Shown piece by piece: positions 18,256 through 26,662 of a stretch of DNA of 64,000 bases. Below the pieces are notes generated by a model, which was not told where the DNA came from, searched no databases, and saw nothing but the letters and a program-made list of their open reading frames with translations. The stretch spans positions 7,044-71,043 of the forward strand of contig DATJGU010000118.1 of the NCBI GenBank assembly GCA_035494615.1, written 5' to 3'. Made by a program: the position numbers and the translations under genes. This stretch comes from Gemmatimonadaceae bacterium. Lineage in GTDB: Bacteria; Gemmatimonadota; Gemmatimonadetes; Gemmatimonadales; Gemmatimonadaceae. Numbering within the stretch: position 1 is the first letter of the stretch; each line of letters opens with the position of its first letter.

Positions 18256-19380
18256 GTGGCGGCGGCGCGGTTCCGCGTGAGCTGGCGGCTCGTGCTGTTC
18301 GTGTGCGCCGGCTGGACGATCGCCGGCGCGCTGCTCGGCGCGCAGAGCGCGCTCGGCTCGGCGATGACGGGCGGTACCGTCGTCCCGCTCGGGAGGTCGG
18401 TGGCCGGCGCGATGGGGCAGACGCTGCCGTGGATCCCGGTCACGCTCGCCGTCGTCGCCCTCACGAGCCGGTTCCCGCTCGGCCGGGGGCTGTGGCGGCG
18501 ACATCTTCCGGTCCATCTCGTCGCGGCGCCGGTGCTCTCCTTCGTCGCCAACCTGCTCGTCGTGCTCGGCTTCTGGGCGCGTCTGGGCCGGTGGCGCGGC
18601 GTCGGGATGCTCGTGCAGCAGGGCGCGCTGTGGGGGACGGTGAACCTGCACGTCGCGCTGATGATCGACGCCGCGGTCGTCGGGATCACGTCGTGGGTGC
18701 TGCACTCGCGCGCGGCGCGGGCGCGGGAGCTCCACCTCGCGCAGCTCGAGGGACAGCTCGCCCGGGCGCAGGTCCAGGCGCTCAACGCGCAGATCCGGCC
18801 GCACTTCCTCTTCAACACGCTGCACAGCATCGGACAGATGTGGCGCTCCGGGCGAAGCGACGAGGCCGACGCCGTGCTCGACCGGCTCGGCGCGCTCTTC
18901 CACCGCGTGCAGCGGTGCACGGCGCGGTTCGAGGTGCCGCTCGCCGAGGAGCTCGATCTCGTGCGCGAGTATCTCGCGATCGAGCAGGCGCGGTTCCGCG
19001 ACCGCCTGCGCGTCGGCGTGCGCGCGGACGACGACGCGCTGGACTCGCTCGTGCCCCCGCTCATCCTGCAGCCGATCGTCGAGAACGCGATCCGGCACGG
19101 CGTGGCCGCCGTGTCGTCGGCGGGACGGGTGGACGTGAGCGCGGCGGTGCGCGGCGACCGCCTCGAGCTCGCCGTGCGCGACGACGGGCCGGGCATGGAC
19201 GCGCCGAGCGCGCAGCGGGGCTCGGGCACCGGGCTGCGCAACACGCGCGACCGGCTCACCCAGCTTCACGGCGACCGCGCCACGCTCCGCGTCTCGAGCG
19301 ACGCGCGCGGAACGACGGTGACGATCGAGCTGCCGCGGCGCGCGGCCGAGCGCCTCGAGGCGGATGCCGCGGCCGACTGA
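18256..19380 (+). CDS. LytS/YehU-type sensor histidine kinase
   Basis: TM-rich N-terminus. His_kinase motif QIRPHFLFNTLHSI. ATPase motifs IVENAIRHG and GTGLRNTRDRL. GTG start 4 nt after the upstream stop. Confidence 0.9.
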   Translation: MAAARFRVSWRLVLFVCAGWTIAGALLGAQSALGSAMTGGTVVPLGRSVAGAMGQTLPWIPVTLAVVALTSRFPLGRGLWRRHLPVHLVAAPVLSFVANLLVVLGFWARLGRWRGVGMLVQQGALWGTVNLHVALMIDAAVVGITSWVLHSRAARARELHLAQLEGQLARAQVQALNAQIRPHFLFNTLHSIGQMWRSGRSDEADAVLDRLGALFHRVQRCTARFEVPLAEELDLVREYLAIEQARFRDRLRVGVRADDDALDSLVPPLILQPIVENAIRHGVAAVSSAGRVDVSAAVRGDRLELAVRDDGPGMDAPSAQRGSGTGLRNTRDRLTQLHGDRATLRVSSDARGTTVTIELPRRAAERLEADAAAD

Positions 19381-20215
19381 AGCCGTGCCGCTGCGTGCCG
19401 TCGTGGTGGACGACGAGCCCGACGCGCGTGACGTCGTGCGGACGCTGCTGACCGCGCACGCGGGCGTGCGCGTGGTGGGGGAGGCGACGAACGGGCGGGA
19501 CGCCGTCGCCGTCGTCCGGCGCGAGCGGCCCGATCTGCTCTTTCTCGACGTCCAGATGCCCGACCTCGACGGATTCGGCGTGCTGGACGCGCTCGGCGCC
19601 GACGTGCCGCGCGGCGTCGTGTTCGTCACCGCGCACGACGAGCACGCGATCCGCGCCTTCGAGCTCCACGCGCTCGACTACGTGCTCAAGCCGTTCGGGC
19701 GGCCGCGCTTCGACGCGGCGGTCGCGCGCGCGGTCGAGCGCCTGGATGCGCTCGACGCGCTCACGCTCCAGCGCACGCTGGCGAGCATGGCCGACGATCG
19801 GCGCGCGCGCGACGAGCCGCCGGGCGAGCTCTCGCTCCCGCACGCCGACGCCGGCAAGCCCGCGGCGCGCGCGGCGCCGTTGCGGCGCATCGGGGTGCGG
19901 AACGGAAGTCGTGTCACGGTGGTGGACGTCGACGGCATCGACTGGCTCGAGGCCGACGGCGACTACGTGCGCATCCACGCCGGCAAGGCGAGCCACCTCG
20001 TGCTGCAGCGCATGCACGCGCTGGAGGAGGCACTCGATCCCGCCGCGTTCGTGCGCGTCCACCGATCGGTGATCGTGAACGTCGCGCGCGTCCGGGAGCT
20101 GCAGCGCGACGCGGACGGCGGCGGGAGCGTCGTGCTGAGGGACGGCGTTCGGCTGCGCGTGTCGCGATCGAGGTGGGCGGAGCTCGAGGGGGCGCTGGGG
20201 ATGGAGGCGCTGTGA
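19364..20215 (+). CDS. LytR/AlgR-family response regulator (receiver + LytTR DNA-binding domain)
   Basis: Receiver VVVDDEP...DLLFLDVQMPDLDG...KP. LytTR region IDWLEADGDYVRIH...FVRVHRSVIVN. The alternative start GTG at 19385 would avoid the 17-nt overlap. Confidence 0.9.
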   Translation: MPRPTEAVPLRAVVVDDEPDARDVVRTLLTAHAGVRVVGEATNGRDAVAVVRRERPDLLFLDVQMPDLDGFGVLDALGADVPRGVVFVTAHDEHAIRAFELHALDYVLKPFGRPRFDAAVARAVERLDALDALTLQRTLASMADDRRARDEPPGELSLPHADAGKPAARAAPLRRIGVRNGSRVTVVDVDGIDWLEADGDYVRIHAGKASHLVLQRMHALEEALDPAAFVRVHRSVIVNVARVRELQRDADGGGSVVLRDGVRLRVSRSRWAELEGALGMEAL

Positions 20216-20267
20216 GCGCTCCCGTGGCGGGACGGATCCTCGTCGGACGGCAACGGCACGTATCGAG

Positions 20268-20300
20268 GAGCGAGTAGTCGGTCGTCGGTAGCGAGTACAC
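20268..20300. repeat. GTAG-rich dispersed intergenic motif, copy 3 (GGTAGCGAGTA at 20287-20297)
   Basis: GAGCGAGTAGTCGGTCGTCGGTAGCGAGTACAC, about 80 nt upstream of the 20369 gene. Confidence 0.6.
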
Positions 20301-20368
20301 CGCGTGAGTGCCGTCAACGGTTTGGGCGTTCACGGTGTCCGGAGGGGAGCGTCGATCACTTCCCTCCC

Positions 20369-21469
20369 GTGCGCGATCCCATGCTTCGACTCGCCCTCGC
20401 GTTCCTGCTCGTGACACTCGCCGGCGCGGGACGCTCTCTGCGCGCGCAACCGGCGCAGCACACCGTGCCGTCCGCCCGCGACATCGTGCACCGCTACATC
20501 GCCGCCCGCGGCGGGATCGAGAAGATGCACGCCATCCGCACGCTCCTCTTCCGCGGGCCGCCGCGTCCGAACGGCAAGCCGGGCCGGCAGATCCTCCGTG
20601 CGCGGCCGTACTACTTCACCATCGGCGCCGAGGGAAACGACGGGTCGCCGTGGGAAACGTACGACGAGTACGGGCTCCAACCGCGCGTCACGGACGCGCC
20701 CGGCGCGGCGCTGCGGCACGCGGCGTACTTCGACGATCCGCTCGTCATGTCGCTCGAGCCGGGATGGGCCGTCGAGCTCACCGGCTCGGAGACGGTCGCC
20801 GGGCACGACGCGTGGCGTCTCCGCGTCACCTACCCGGACGGCTTCGTCAGCGAGTCGTTCGTGGACAAGGAGAGCTGGCTCCTCGTCGCGCGGCGGTTCA
20901 CCGCGCCGGTGCACGCCTTCGGCGAACCGGCCACGAGCCAGGCGGTCTTCGGCGACTGGCGCGCCGTCGCCGGCGTGCTCTTTCCCTTCTCCCTGCGCGA
21001 GGTCGATCTCGCCACCGGCGAGCCGATGGACGAGTCGACGTGGCAGTCGATCGAGGCGAACGTGCCGCTCGCGCCCTCGGCGTTCGCTCCACCGCCGCGC
21101 AGGGACACGCCGGTCGCGCGGCTCGTGAACGCGATCTTCGCCGCGCGACACGTCCCCGCCGACGCGCTCGGCTGGTACCACGACTTCCTCCGCGATCCAG
21201 CGACGTCGGGCGTCGACGTCGAGGGCGCGATCGAGTCGGTCGCGTACGAGTGCCTCAAGAACGGCGCGATCCCGACGGGCACCGCGCTCCTCGAAGACAA
21301 CCTGCGCGCGCATCCCTCGTCGGCGCGCGCGCACTTCGGGCTCGGCCGTGCGTTCCGCGCCGCCGGTCGGGAAGCGGACGCGCTCGAGCGATTCCGGGAA
21401 GCGATGCGGCTCGACTCGACGCTCGTCGCGGCGAAGGATGCGCTCGCGAGCGCGCGGTTGCGCTATTGA
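20369..21469 (+). CDS. hypothetical secreted protein with C-terminal TPR-like helices
   Basis: Signal MLRLALAFLLVTLAGAG. Non-repetitive composition with high GC3. C-terminal helical ARAHFGLGRAFRAAGREADALERFREAMRLD. Start is 20369 (GTG) or 20381 (ATG). Confidence 0.6.
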   Translation: MRDPMLRLALAFLLVTLAGAGRSLRAQPAQHTVPSARDIVHRYIAARGGIEKMHAIRTLLFRGPPRPNGKPGRQILRARPYYFTIGAEGNDGSPWETYDEYGLQPRVTDAPGAALRHAAYFDDPLVMSLEPGWAVELTGSETVAGHDAWRLRVTYPDGFVSESFVDKESWLLVARRFTAPVHAFGEPATSQAVFGDWRAVAGVLFPFSLREVDLATGEPMDESTWQSIEANVPLAPSAFAPPPRRDTPVARLVNAIFAARHVPADALGWYHDFLRDPATSGVDVEGAIESVAYECLKNGAIPTGTALLEDNLRAHPSSARAHFGLGRAFRAAGREADALERFREAMRLDSTLVAAKDALASARLRY

Positions 21470-21490
21470 GCCGGCGTCGCCCTCATCGGG

Positions 21491-21823
21491 TCACGTCCAC
21501 TCGGTGATCCTGTTTCCTTCCCCGTCGGTGAACTCGCCGGTCACGAGCATGATCAGGTCGTACAGCATCCAGATCCCCAGGCCCCCGAGCGTGAAGAGCT
21601 GGAGGAGCGCGGTGCCCGTCTTCCCGACGTAGAACCGATGCGCGCCGAACACGCCCAGAAAGACGCACAGCAGGCCGGCCGGGAGAATGTGCTTGTCCGT
21701 CGCCAGCTCCGGCGGCAGCGGCTGCATCACGCCGCACGACGTGCACACCACCGCTTCGTGGTCGATCAGGCGCCCGCAGGCGTGACACGGCCTGACCGGG
21801 CGAGCGGGGAGATAGGAACCCAT
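21491..21823 (-). CDS. TM2-domain protein with N-terminal zinc-ribbon
   Basis: Trimmed to the ATG at 21823. CHACG...CTSCG ribbon followed by GVFGAHRFYVGKTGTALLQL...GIWMLYDLI (TM2 signature). Confidence 0.8.
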   Translation of the reverse strand: MGSYLPARPVRPCHACGRLIDHEAVVCTSCGVMQPLPPELATDKHILPAGLLCVFLGVFGAHRFYVGKTGTALLQLFTLGGLGIWMLYDLIMLVTGEFTDGEGNRITEWT

Positions 21824-21945
21824 CCGATTTCGAACCGAAGAAGGTGCGCGCGACGATCGCCCGATGACCGGCAGCGAGTCGAGCGGGGTCGGCTCGCTGC
21901 TGCCCGGAATCTGGCGCCGGACGACGCGAGGGGGATAGGGGCTCC

Positions 21946-22875
21946 CTAGCCCGTCCTGACGCTTCGCTCCTCCTCCACGTACGCGACCGCGCCCTTCACC
22001 GGCGCGATTCCCTTCCCGTATCGCTGCGCCCAGAGCTTCGTGAACTCGGCGCCGAAGAGCAGGATCATCGACGTGTAGTAGACCCAGATCAGCACGAGCG
22101 CGAGCGAGCCGGCGGCGCCGTACACGCTTCCCGGGTCCGAGCTGCCGAGATAGACGCCGATCAGCGTGCGGCCCAGCACGAACAGCAGTGCCGTCCCGAT
22201 CGCACCGATGCCCACGTCGCGCCAGCCGATGCGCGCGTCGGGGAGATAGCGGAACATCGCCGCGAACAGCAGCGCGACGACGAGAAAGCTTCCGAGCGCG
22301 GTCGCCACCTGGAGCATCGACGCCGGAATGCCGTACCGCGTCGTCAGCGCCGAGCTGATCGCCTCGATGACGGTGCTCAGCGCCAGCGAGACGAGCAGGA
22401 GGAACGCGATGGTGATCAGGATCCCGAACGAGAAGACACGCTTGACGAGGAAGACGCGGATCTGGTTCCGTCGAGGATCCGGCTTCACCCCCCACGCCTT
22501 GTTGAGCGCGGACTGCAGCTGCGCGAAGGCGGTCGTCGCGCCGAACACCAGCGCGAAGAGCGAGACGATCGTCGCCACGGACGCGGCGTCCTGCGAACGC
22601 CCTGCGTTGCTGATGATCGACTCCACCTGCGCCGCGCTCGCCGGCCCGATGAGCTTCGTCACCTGATCGGTGATCGCGTGCTCGACCTGCGCGGGCTCGG
22701 TGAAGCGGCCGACGAGCGCGAGCAGCAGCGTGAGCAGCGCGGGCAGGGAGAAGAAGGTGTAGAACGACAGCGACGCCGCCATGCTGGAGCATCCGTCGCC
22801 GAAGAAGGCGTAGATCGCGGCCCAGAGGAGCCGAAGGAAGCCGCGCAGCGTGGCGACGACGCCCGGCCGGTGCAT
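21946..22875 (-). CDS. YihY/BrkB-family membrane protein
   Basis: AASLSFYTFFSLPALL, six hydrophobic segments and LLFGAEFT. Core called from the ATG at 22875. A longer N-terminus from GTG at 22968 or 23043 cannot be excluded. Confidence 0.85.
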   Translation of the reverse strand: MHRPGVVATLRGFLRLLWAAIYAFFGDGCSSMAASLSFYTFFSLPALLTLLLALVGRFTEPAQVEHAITDQVTKLIGPASAAQVESIISNAGRSQDAASVATIVSLFALVFGATTAFAQLQSALNKAWGVKPDPRRNQIRVFLVKRVFSFGILITIAFLLLVSLALSTVIEAISSALTTRYGIPASMLQVATALGSFLVVALLFAAMFRYLPDARIGWRDVGIGAIGTALLFVLGRTLIGVYLGSSDPGSVYGAAGSLALVLIWVYYTSMILLFGAEFTKLWAQRYGKGIAPVKGAVAYVEEERSVRTG

Positions 22876-23196
22876 CTCGCGGGCGGCGTCGCGCGCGCGC
22901 GCCGTCTCGTCGGTGGAGCGGCGGAGCACCTCGTGCGGCTCGTCGGCGGTGCCGTGGTCGGCGGTCACGATTCGATCATCATGGTCGAGTGCTCGGGTAA
23001 CGCCTCGCGGCGGGCCTGCACCATGTCCGCTTGCATGCCGCACGCCCGAATGACGGACTCGGCGCGATCGGCCGGCCCGTCCGGTTCCGCACTCCAGCGG
23101 CGTCTCCTCCGGGCCGATACTTCAGAGAGGCGGAGTGACCTTCGTCGCCCTGGTTCGTTGTCCCTTCGGGCCCGCCCTCTCCAGGAGACCACCCGT

Positions 23197-23370
23197 ATGT
23201 CCAGGTCCACGGCAACCGATGCGACGACGCATGCGGCGCACGACCCGAAGCGGCCCTACGTGCGTCCGCTGCTGAAGCGCTACGGCGACCTCGCGCAGCT
23301 CACGCAGCAGAAGGGCCGGTTCGGAACGGACTCCGACGGCGCGCTCGCCAACAACAACAAGACCATCTGA
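23197..23370 (+). CDS. candidate RiPP (lasso-like) precursor peptide, 57 aa
   Basis: AGGAGA sits 8 nt upstream of the ATG. The peptide is MSRSTATDATTHAAHDPKRPYVRPLLKRYGDLAQLTQQKGRFGTDSDGALANNNKTI. Its leader fits YxxPxLx3Gx5Tx (Y21, P24, L26, G30, T36). It lies 27 nt upstream of the kinase gene. Confidence 0.6.
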   Translation: MSRSTATDATTHAAHDPKRPYVRPLLKRYGDLAQLTQQKGRFGTDSDGALANNNKTI

Positions 23371-23386
23371 CCGGCCTCACGGCCGG
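23371..23386 (+). promoter_or_regulatory. GC hairpin immediately after the precursor stop codon (possible attenuator or stabiliser)
   Basis: CCGGCC TCAC GGCCGG, a perfect 6-bp stem. It starts 1 nt after the TGA at 23368-23370, and the kinase GTG is at 23398. Confidence 0.35.
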
Positions 23387-23397
23387 CATGCGCGCCC

Positions 23398-24354
23398 GTG
23401 CGACGGATCCACGGTCTCGCCATCGAGGCGAACGTCGCGCTGCCCGGCCTGCCCCGGTGCGACGCGGGGGCGCCCGACGTGGTGCTCGAGCTGGTCGGCG
23501 AGCTCGCGCCGCCCGCGCCTCGACGCATCCGCTATCGCGCCGGCGCGCCTGACGCGCCCTCCGCGCGCGTCGAAGTCGCCGACGACGCGAACGGCGTCAC
23601 CACCTTCCGCTACGGCGACGGCTCGGCGATCGACGTCGACCTGCGCGGTCGGGCGGCACGCATCCGCGCGGCGATCGCGCCCGGCCAGACGCTCGAGGAT
23701 CTCTGCGCCTACCTCTACGGCCCGGTGCTCGGCTTCGTGCTCCGCGCGCGCGGCACGCTCGCGCTGCACGCGAGCTGCGTCCGGCTCGGCGACGGCGCGG
23801 TGCTCATCGCCGGGCCCGCGGGCGCAGGCAAGTCGACCACCGCCGCCGCGCTCGCCGCCCGCGGTGCCGCGGTGCTCTGCGACGACCTCACCGCGCTCGA
23901 ATTCCGGAACGGCCGGGTGCTCGCCTGGCCGGCGTTCGATCACCTGCGTCTCTGGCCCGACGGCGGCCGCGTCGTGCTCGGCGACGCCCCCCTCGAGCGC
24001 ATCACGCCGGGCTGGGACAAGCGCCGCTTTCCGCTCGCCGGCGAGTCGTTCGCCGCGGAGCCGACGCCGGTGCGGACCATCGTCGTGCTCCACGGCCGCC
24101 GAGCGCGGGCGCGCGCCACGATGCGTACCGTCGCACCGGCACGCGCCGTGCTCACGCTCGCGTCGCTCAGCTACGCGAACTACCTGCTCGACGCATCGAT
24201 GCGCGCGCACGAGCTCATGCAGCTCGGCGCGCTGCTCCGCGCGGTGCCCGTGCGCGCGCTGACCGTCCCCGCGGGGCACGAGGCGCTCGATGCGCTGTGC
24301 GAGGCGATCGCCCGCACGGCCCGCGAGTCGCGCACCGCATTCACCCGCGCATGA
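23398..24354 (+). CDS. HPr-kinase-related P-loop kinase (HprK-related kinase A-like)
   Basis: LHASCV...AVLIAGPAGAGKSTTAAAL Walker A in an HprK C-terminal-domain-like context. GTG start. Confidence 0.8.
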   Translation: MRRIHGLAIEANVALPGLPRCDAGAPDVVLELVGELAPPAPRRIRYRAGAPDAPSARVEVADDANGVTTFRYGDGSAIDVDLRGRAARIRAAIAPGQTLEDLCAYLYGPVLGFVLRARGTLALHASCVRLGDGAVLIAGPAGAGKSTTAAALAARGAAVLCDDLTALEFRNGRVLAWPAFDHLRLWPDGGRVVLGDAPLERITPGWDKRRFPLAGESFAAEPTPVRTIVVLHGRRARARATMRTVAPARAVLTLASLSYANYLLDASMRAHELMQLGALLRAVPVRALTVPAGHEALDALCEAIARTARESRTAFTRA

Positions 24355-25478
24355 GCTACTCGCTCGAGGAGTACGCGCGGATGCTCGTGGAACCGATCCG
24401 CGCATCGGCTTACTTCGCCGCGCTGCGCGAGACGGTACGCCCGGGGATGGTCGTCGCCGACGTCGGTGCCGGCCCCGGCGTATTGGGGGTCTACGCCGCG
24501 ACGCTCGGCGCGCGGCGCGTGTTTCTCGTCGAGCCGGACGCGTCGGTGTACGCGGCGCGTGCGCTCGCGGTGGAGAACGGCGTGACCGACCGCGTCGAGG
24601 TGATCCGCGCACGGTCCACCGACGTCGAGCTCCCCGAGCGCGCCGACGTGATCGTCTCCGACCTGCGCGGCGTCACGCCGTTTCACGGGCAGCACCTCGC
24701 CGCCGCCGCCGACATGCGCCGGCGTCTCCTCGCGCCCGGCGGCACGTGCATCCCGAAGCGGGATCGGGTGTGCGTCGCGCTGGTCGAGGACGAGGCACTG
24801 TACGCCCGCACGGTGCGCGGATGGTCGGAGCTTCCCGTGCCACTCGCGACCGGATCGCTCGAGCGGCTGCTCGCCAATCGCTGGTATCGCGCCCGCGCCA
24901 CGCCGGCACAGCAGCTCTCGGCGCCCGCCCCGTTCGTCACGCTCGACTACGATTGCCCTGCGCCGCCGCTCCACGCGCGCTTCGACGCCGAAGCGACGCG
25001 CGATGGAACCGCGCACGGGCTGCTGCTCTGGTTCGACACGGAGCTCGTGCGCGGCATCGGCTTCTCGAACGCGCCCGAGGCGCCGAGCGCGCTGTACGGT
25101 CAGGCGTTCTTCCCCTTCGCGCCGGCGATCCCCGTGCGGCAGGGCGAGCGGCTCGCGCTCGAGCTGCGCACCGTGCTCTCCGGCGACGACCATGCGTGGA
25201 GCTGGTCTGCGGTCGACGAGCACGGCCGGGGCGCGCGCCATGCGTCGCTGCTCGGGATCCCGCTCGACGCCGACGCGCTCGCGCGTCGAGCGGGCAGGGC
25301 GGTGCCGCGCCGCTCGCTCGAGGGGGAGATCGCGCTCGCGATCCTCCAGGCGGCCGACGGCGGCGCCACGATGGACGACATCGCGCACGCGCTGAGCGCG
25401 CGCTTCGGCGAACGGTTTCCCTCGCCGCAGCAGGCGCTCGACTACGTCACGAGTCTGGAGACATTGTGGGAGCGGTGA
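24351..25478 (+). CDS. PRMT-fold class I SAM methyltransferase with C-terminal PqqD-like (RRE-like) tail
   Basis: ATGA overlap with the kinase stop. N-terminus YSLEEYARMLVEPIRASAYFAALRE..VVADVGAGPGVLGVYAATLGARRVFLVEPD parallels the PRMT motif I / post-I layout. A beta-barrel-like middle region follows. The tail is GEIALAILQAADGGATMDDIAHALSARFGERFPSPQQALDYVTSLETLWER. Confidence 0.75.
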   Translation: MSYSLEEYARMLVEPIRASAYFAALRETVRPGMVVADVGAGPGVLGVYAATLGARRVFLVEPDASVYAARALAVENGVTDRVEVIRARSTDVELPERADVIVSDLRGVTPFHGQHLAAAADMRRRLLAPGGTCIPKRDRVCVALVEDEALYARTVRGWSELPVPLATGSLERLLANRWYRARATPAQQLSAPAPFVTLDYDCPAPPLHARFDAEATRDGTAHGLLLWFDTELVRGIGFSNAPEAPSALYGQAFFPFAPAIPVRQGERLALELRTVLSGDDHAWSWSAVDEHGRGARHASLLGIPLDADALARRAGRAVPRRSLEGEIALAILQAADGGATMDDIAHALSARFGERFPSPQQALDYVTSLETLWER

Positions 25479-26662
25479 CCTCGTCCGTCGCCGCCACGCG
25501 CGACACGCGTGCACGCACGTGGACGCTGCTCCTCGCCTGCGCGCGCCGCGCCGCGGGGATCGGGGACGTCGGCGAGGTCGTGGCCGCGGCGCAGGCGATC
25601 GACGACTGGGACCTCGTGCACCGGCGCGCGGACGCGCACGGTCTGCTTCCGTGGCTCGCCCGCGCACTCGCCGAGGGCGCCATCGCCGAGGGCGCCCGCG
25701 CGCCGATCACCGCCGCCGCGAGCGTCGTCGCGGCCCGCACGCTCGGGCAGGCGCGCCGGCTCGGCGAGCTGGTCGCGGCACTCGGCGACGCGGGTATCCG
25801 CGCGATGCCCTACAAGGGGCCGGCGCTCTCGCTCCAGCTGTACGGCGATCTCGCGCTTCGCCAATCGGTGGACCTCGACCTCGTCGTGCCGCGCGCCGCC
25901 TACGCGCGTGCGCGCGACGTGCTCTCGCGGCTCGGCCTCACGCCGCGCGGCGGCCACTCGCCGCGCCAGGAGCGCGCGCTCTTCGCCTGGCTCGGCCACG
26001 CGCCGTTCGGCCGCGGCGACGACTTCGTCGAGCTGCACTGGCGCTTCGCCGACCGGCGGTTTCCCTTCGTGCTCGACGCCGATCGCGCGCTCGACCGCGC
26101 GCACCCCACGAGCGTGGCGGGCCGCACGCTGCCGCTCATGGCGCCCGACGACCTGCTCGTCACGCTCGCGATGCACGGCACGCGACATCTCTACGAGCGC
26201 CTCGAGTGGCTCGCCGGCGTCGCGCGACTGCTCGCGTCGGCCCCCGACGACGCCTCGCGCCTCGCCGAGCACGCGGCGTCGCTCCGTGCGGGGCGGATGC
26301 TGGCCGTGAGCGTCCACCTCGCCGGCCGAGTGCTCGCGTGGCCGGTCGGCGACCCATGGCGGCGCGAGCTCGCGCGCGATCCGGCCGCGGCCGCGATCGC
26401 CGCACGCATGGCCGCCGAGCTCGAGGCGCACGAGCTGGACGACCGTCCGTGGCCCGCCGGCGCCGCCCTGCTCCACCGCTACGCCGAGCTGCTCGACGCA
26501 CCGCTCGACCGTGCGCGGCTCTTCGTCCGCGCGGCGCTCGCGCCCACCGCGCGCGATCACGAGGCCCTCGCGCTCCCGGACGCGCTCCTGCCCCTCCACC
26601 GCGTGCTGCGCCCCTTCCGGCTCGCGGGCAGGTACCTGGCCCGCGCGCTGAGCACCGGCTAG
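25475..26662 (+). CDS. uncharacterised nucleotidyltransferase family protein (NTP_transf_5-like)
   Basis: GTGA overlap with the MTase stop. AMPYKGPALSLQLYGDLALRQSVDLDLVVP...FVELHWRF matches the family signature as I recall it. Confidence 0.75.
   Translation: MTSSVAATRDTRARTWTLLLACARRAAGIGDVGEVVAAAQAIDDWDLVHRRADAHGLLPWLARALAEGAIAEGARAPITAAASVVAARTLGQARRLGELVAALGDAGIRAMPYKGPALSLQLYGDLALRQSVDLDLVVPRAAYARARDVLSRLGLTPRGGHSPRQERALFAWLGHAPFGRGDDFVELHWRFADRRFPFVLDADRALDRAHPTSVAGRTLPLMAPDDLLVTLAMHGTRHLYERLEWLAGVARLLASAPDDASRLAEHAASLRAGRMLAVSVHLAGRVLAWPVGDPWRRELARDPAAAAIAARMAAELEAHELDDRPWPAGAALLHRYAELLDAPLDRARLFVRAALAPTARDHEALALPDALLPLHRVLRPFRLAGRYLARALSTG

Noticed and set aside
15996-19259. 1087-aa minus-strand ORF spanning the DUF5916, LytS-type and LytTR gene region
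   Set aside because: The translation is Arg/Ala/Pro/Gly-rich low-complexity sequence. It lies antisense to three plus-strand genes that have clear family motifs. This is a typical stop-codon-poor antisense frame in about 70% GC DNA.
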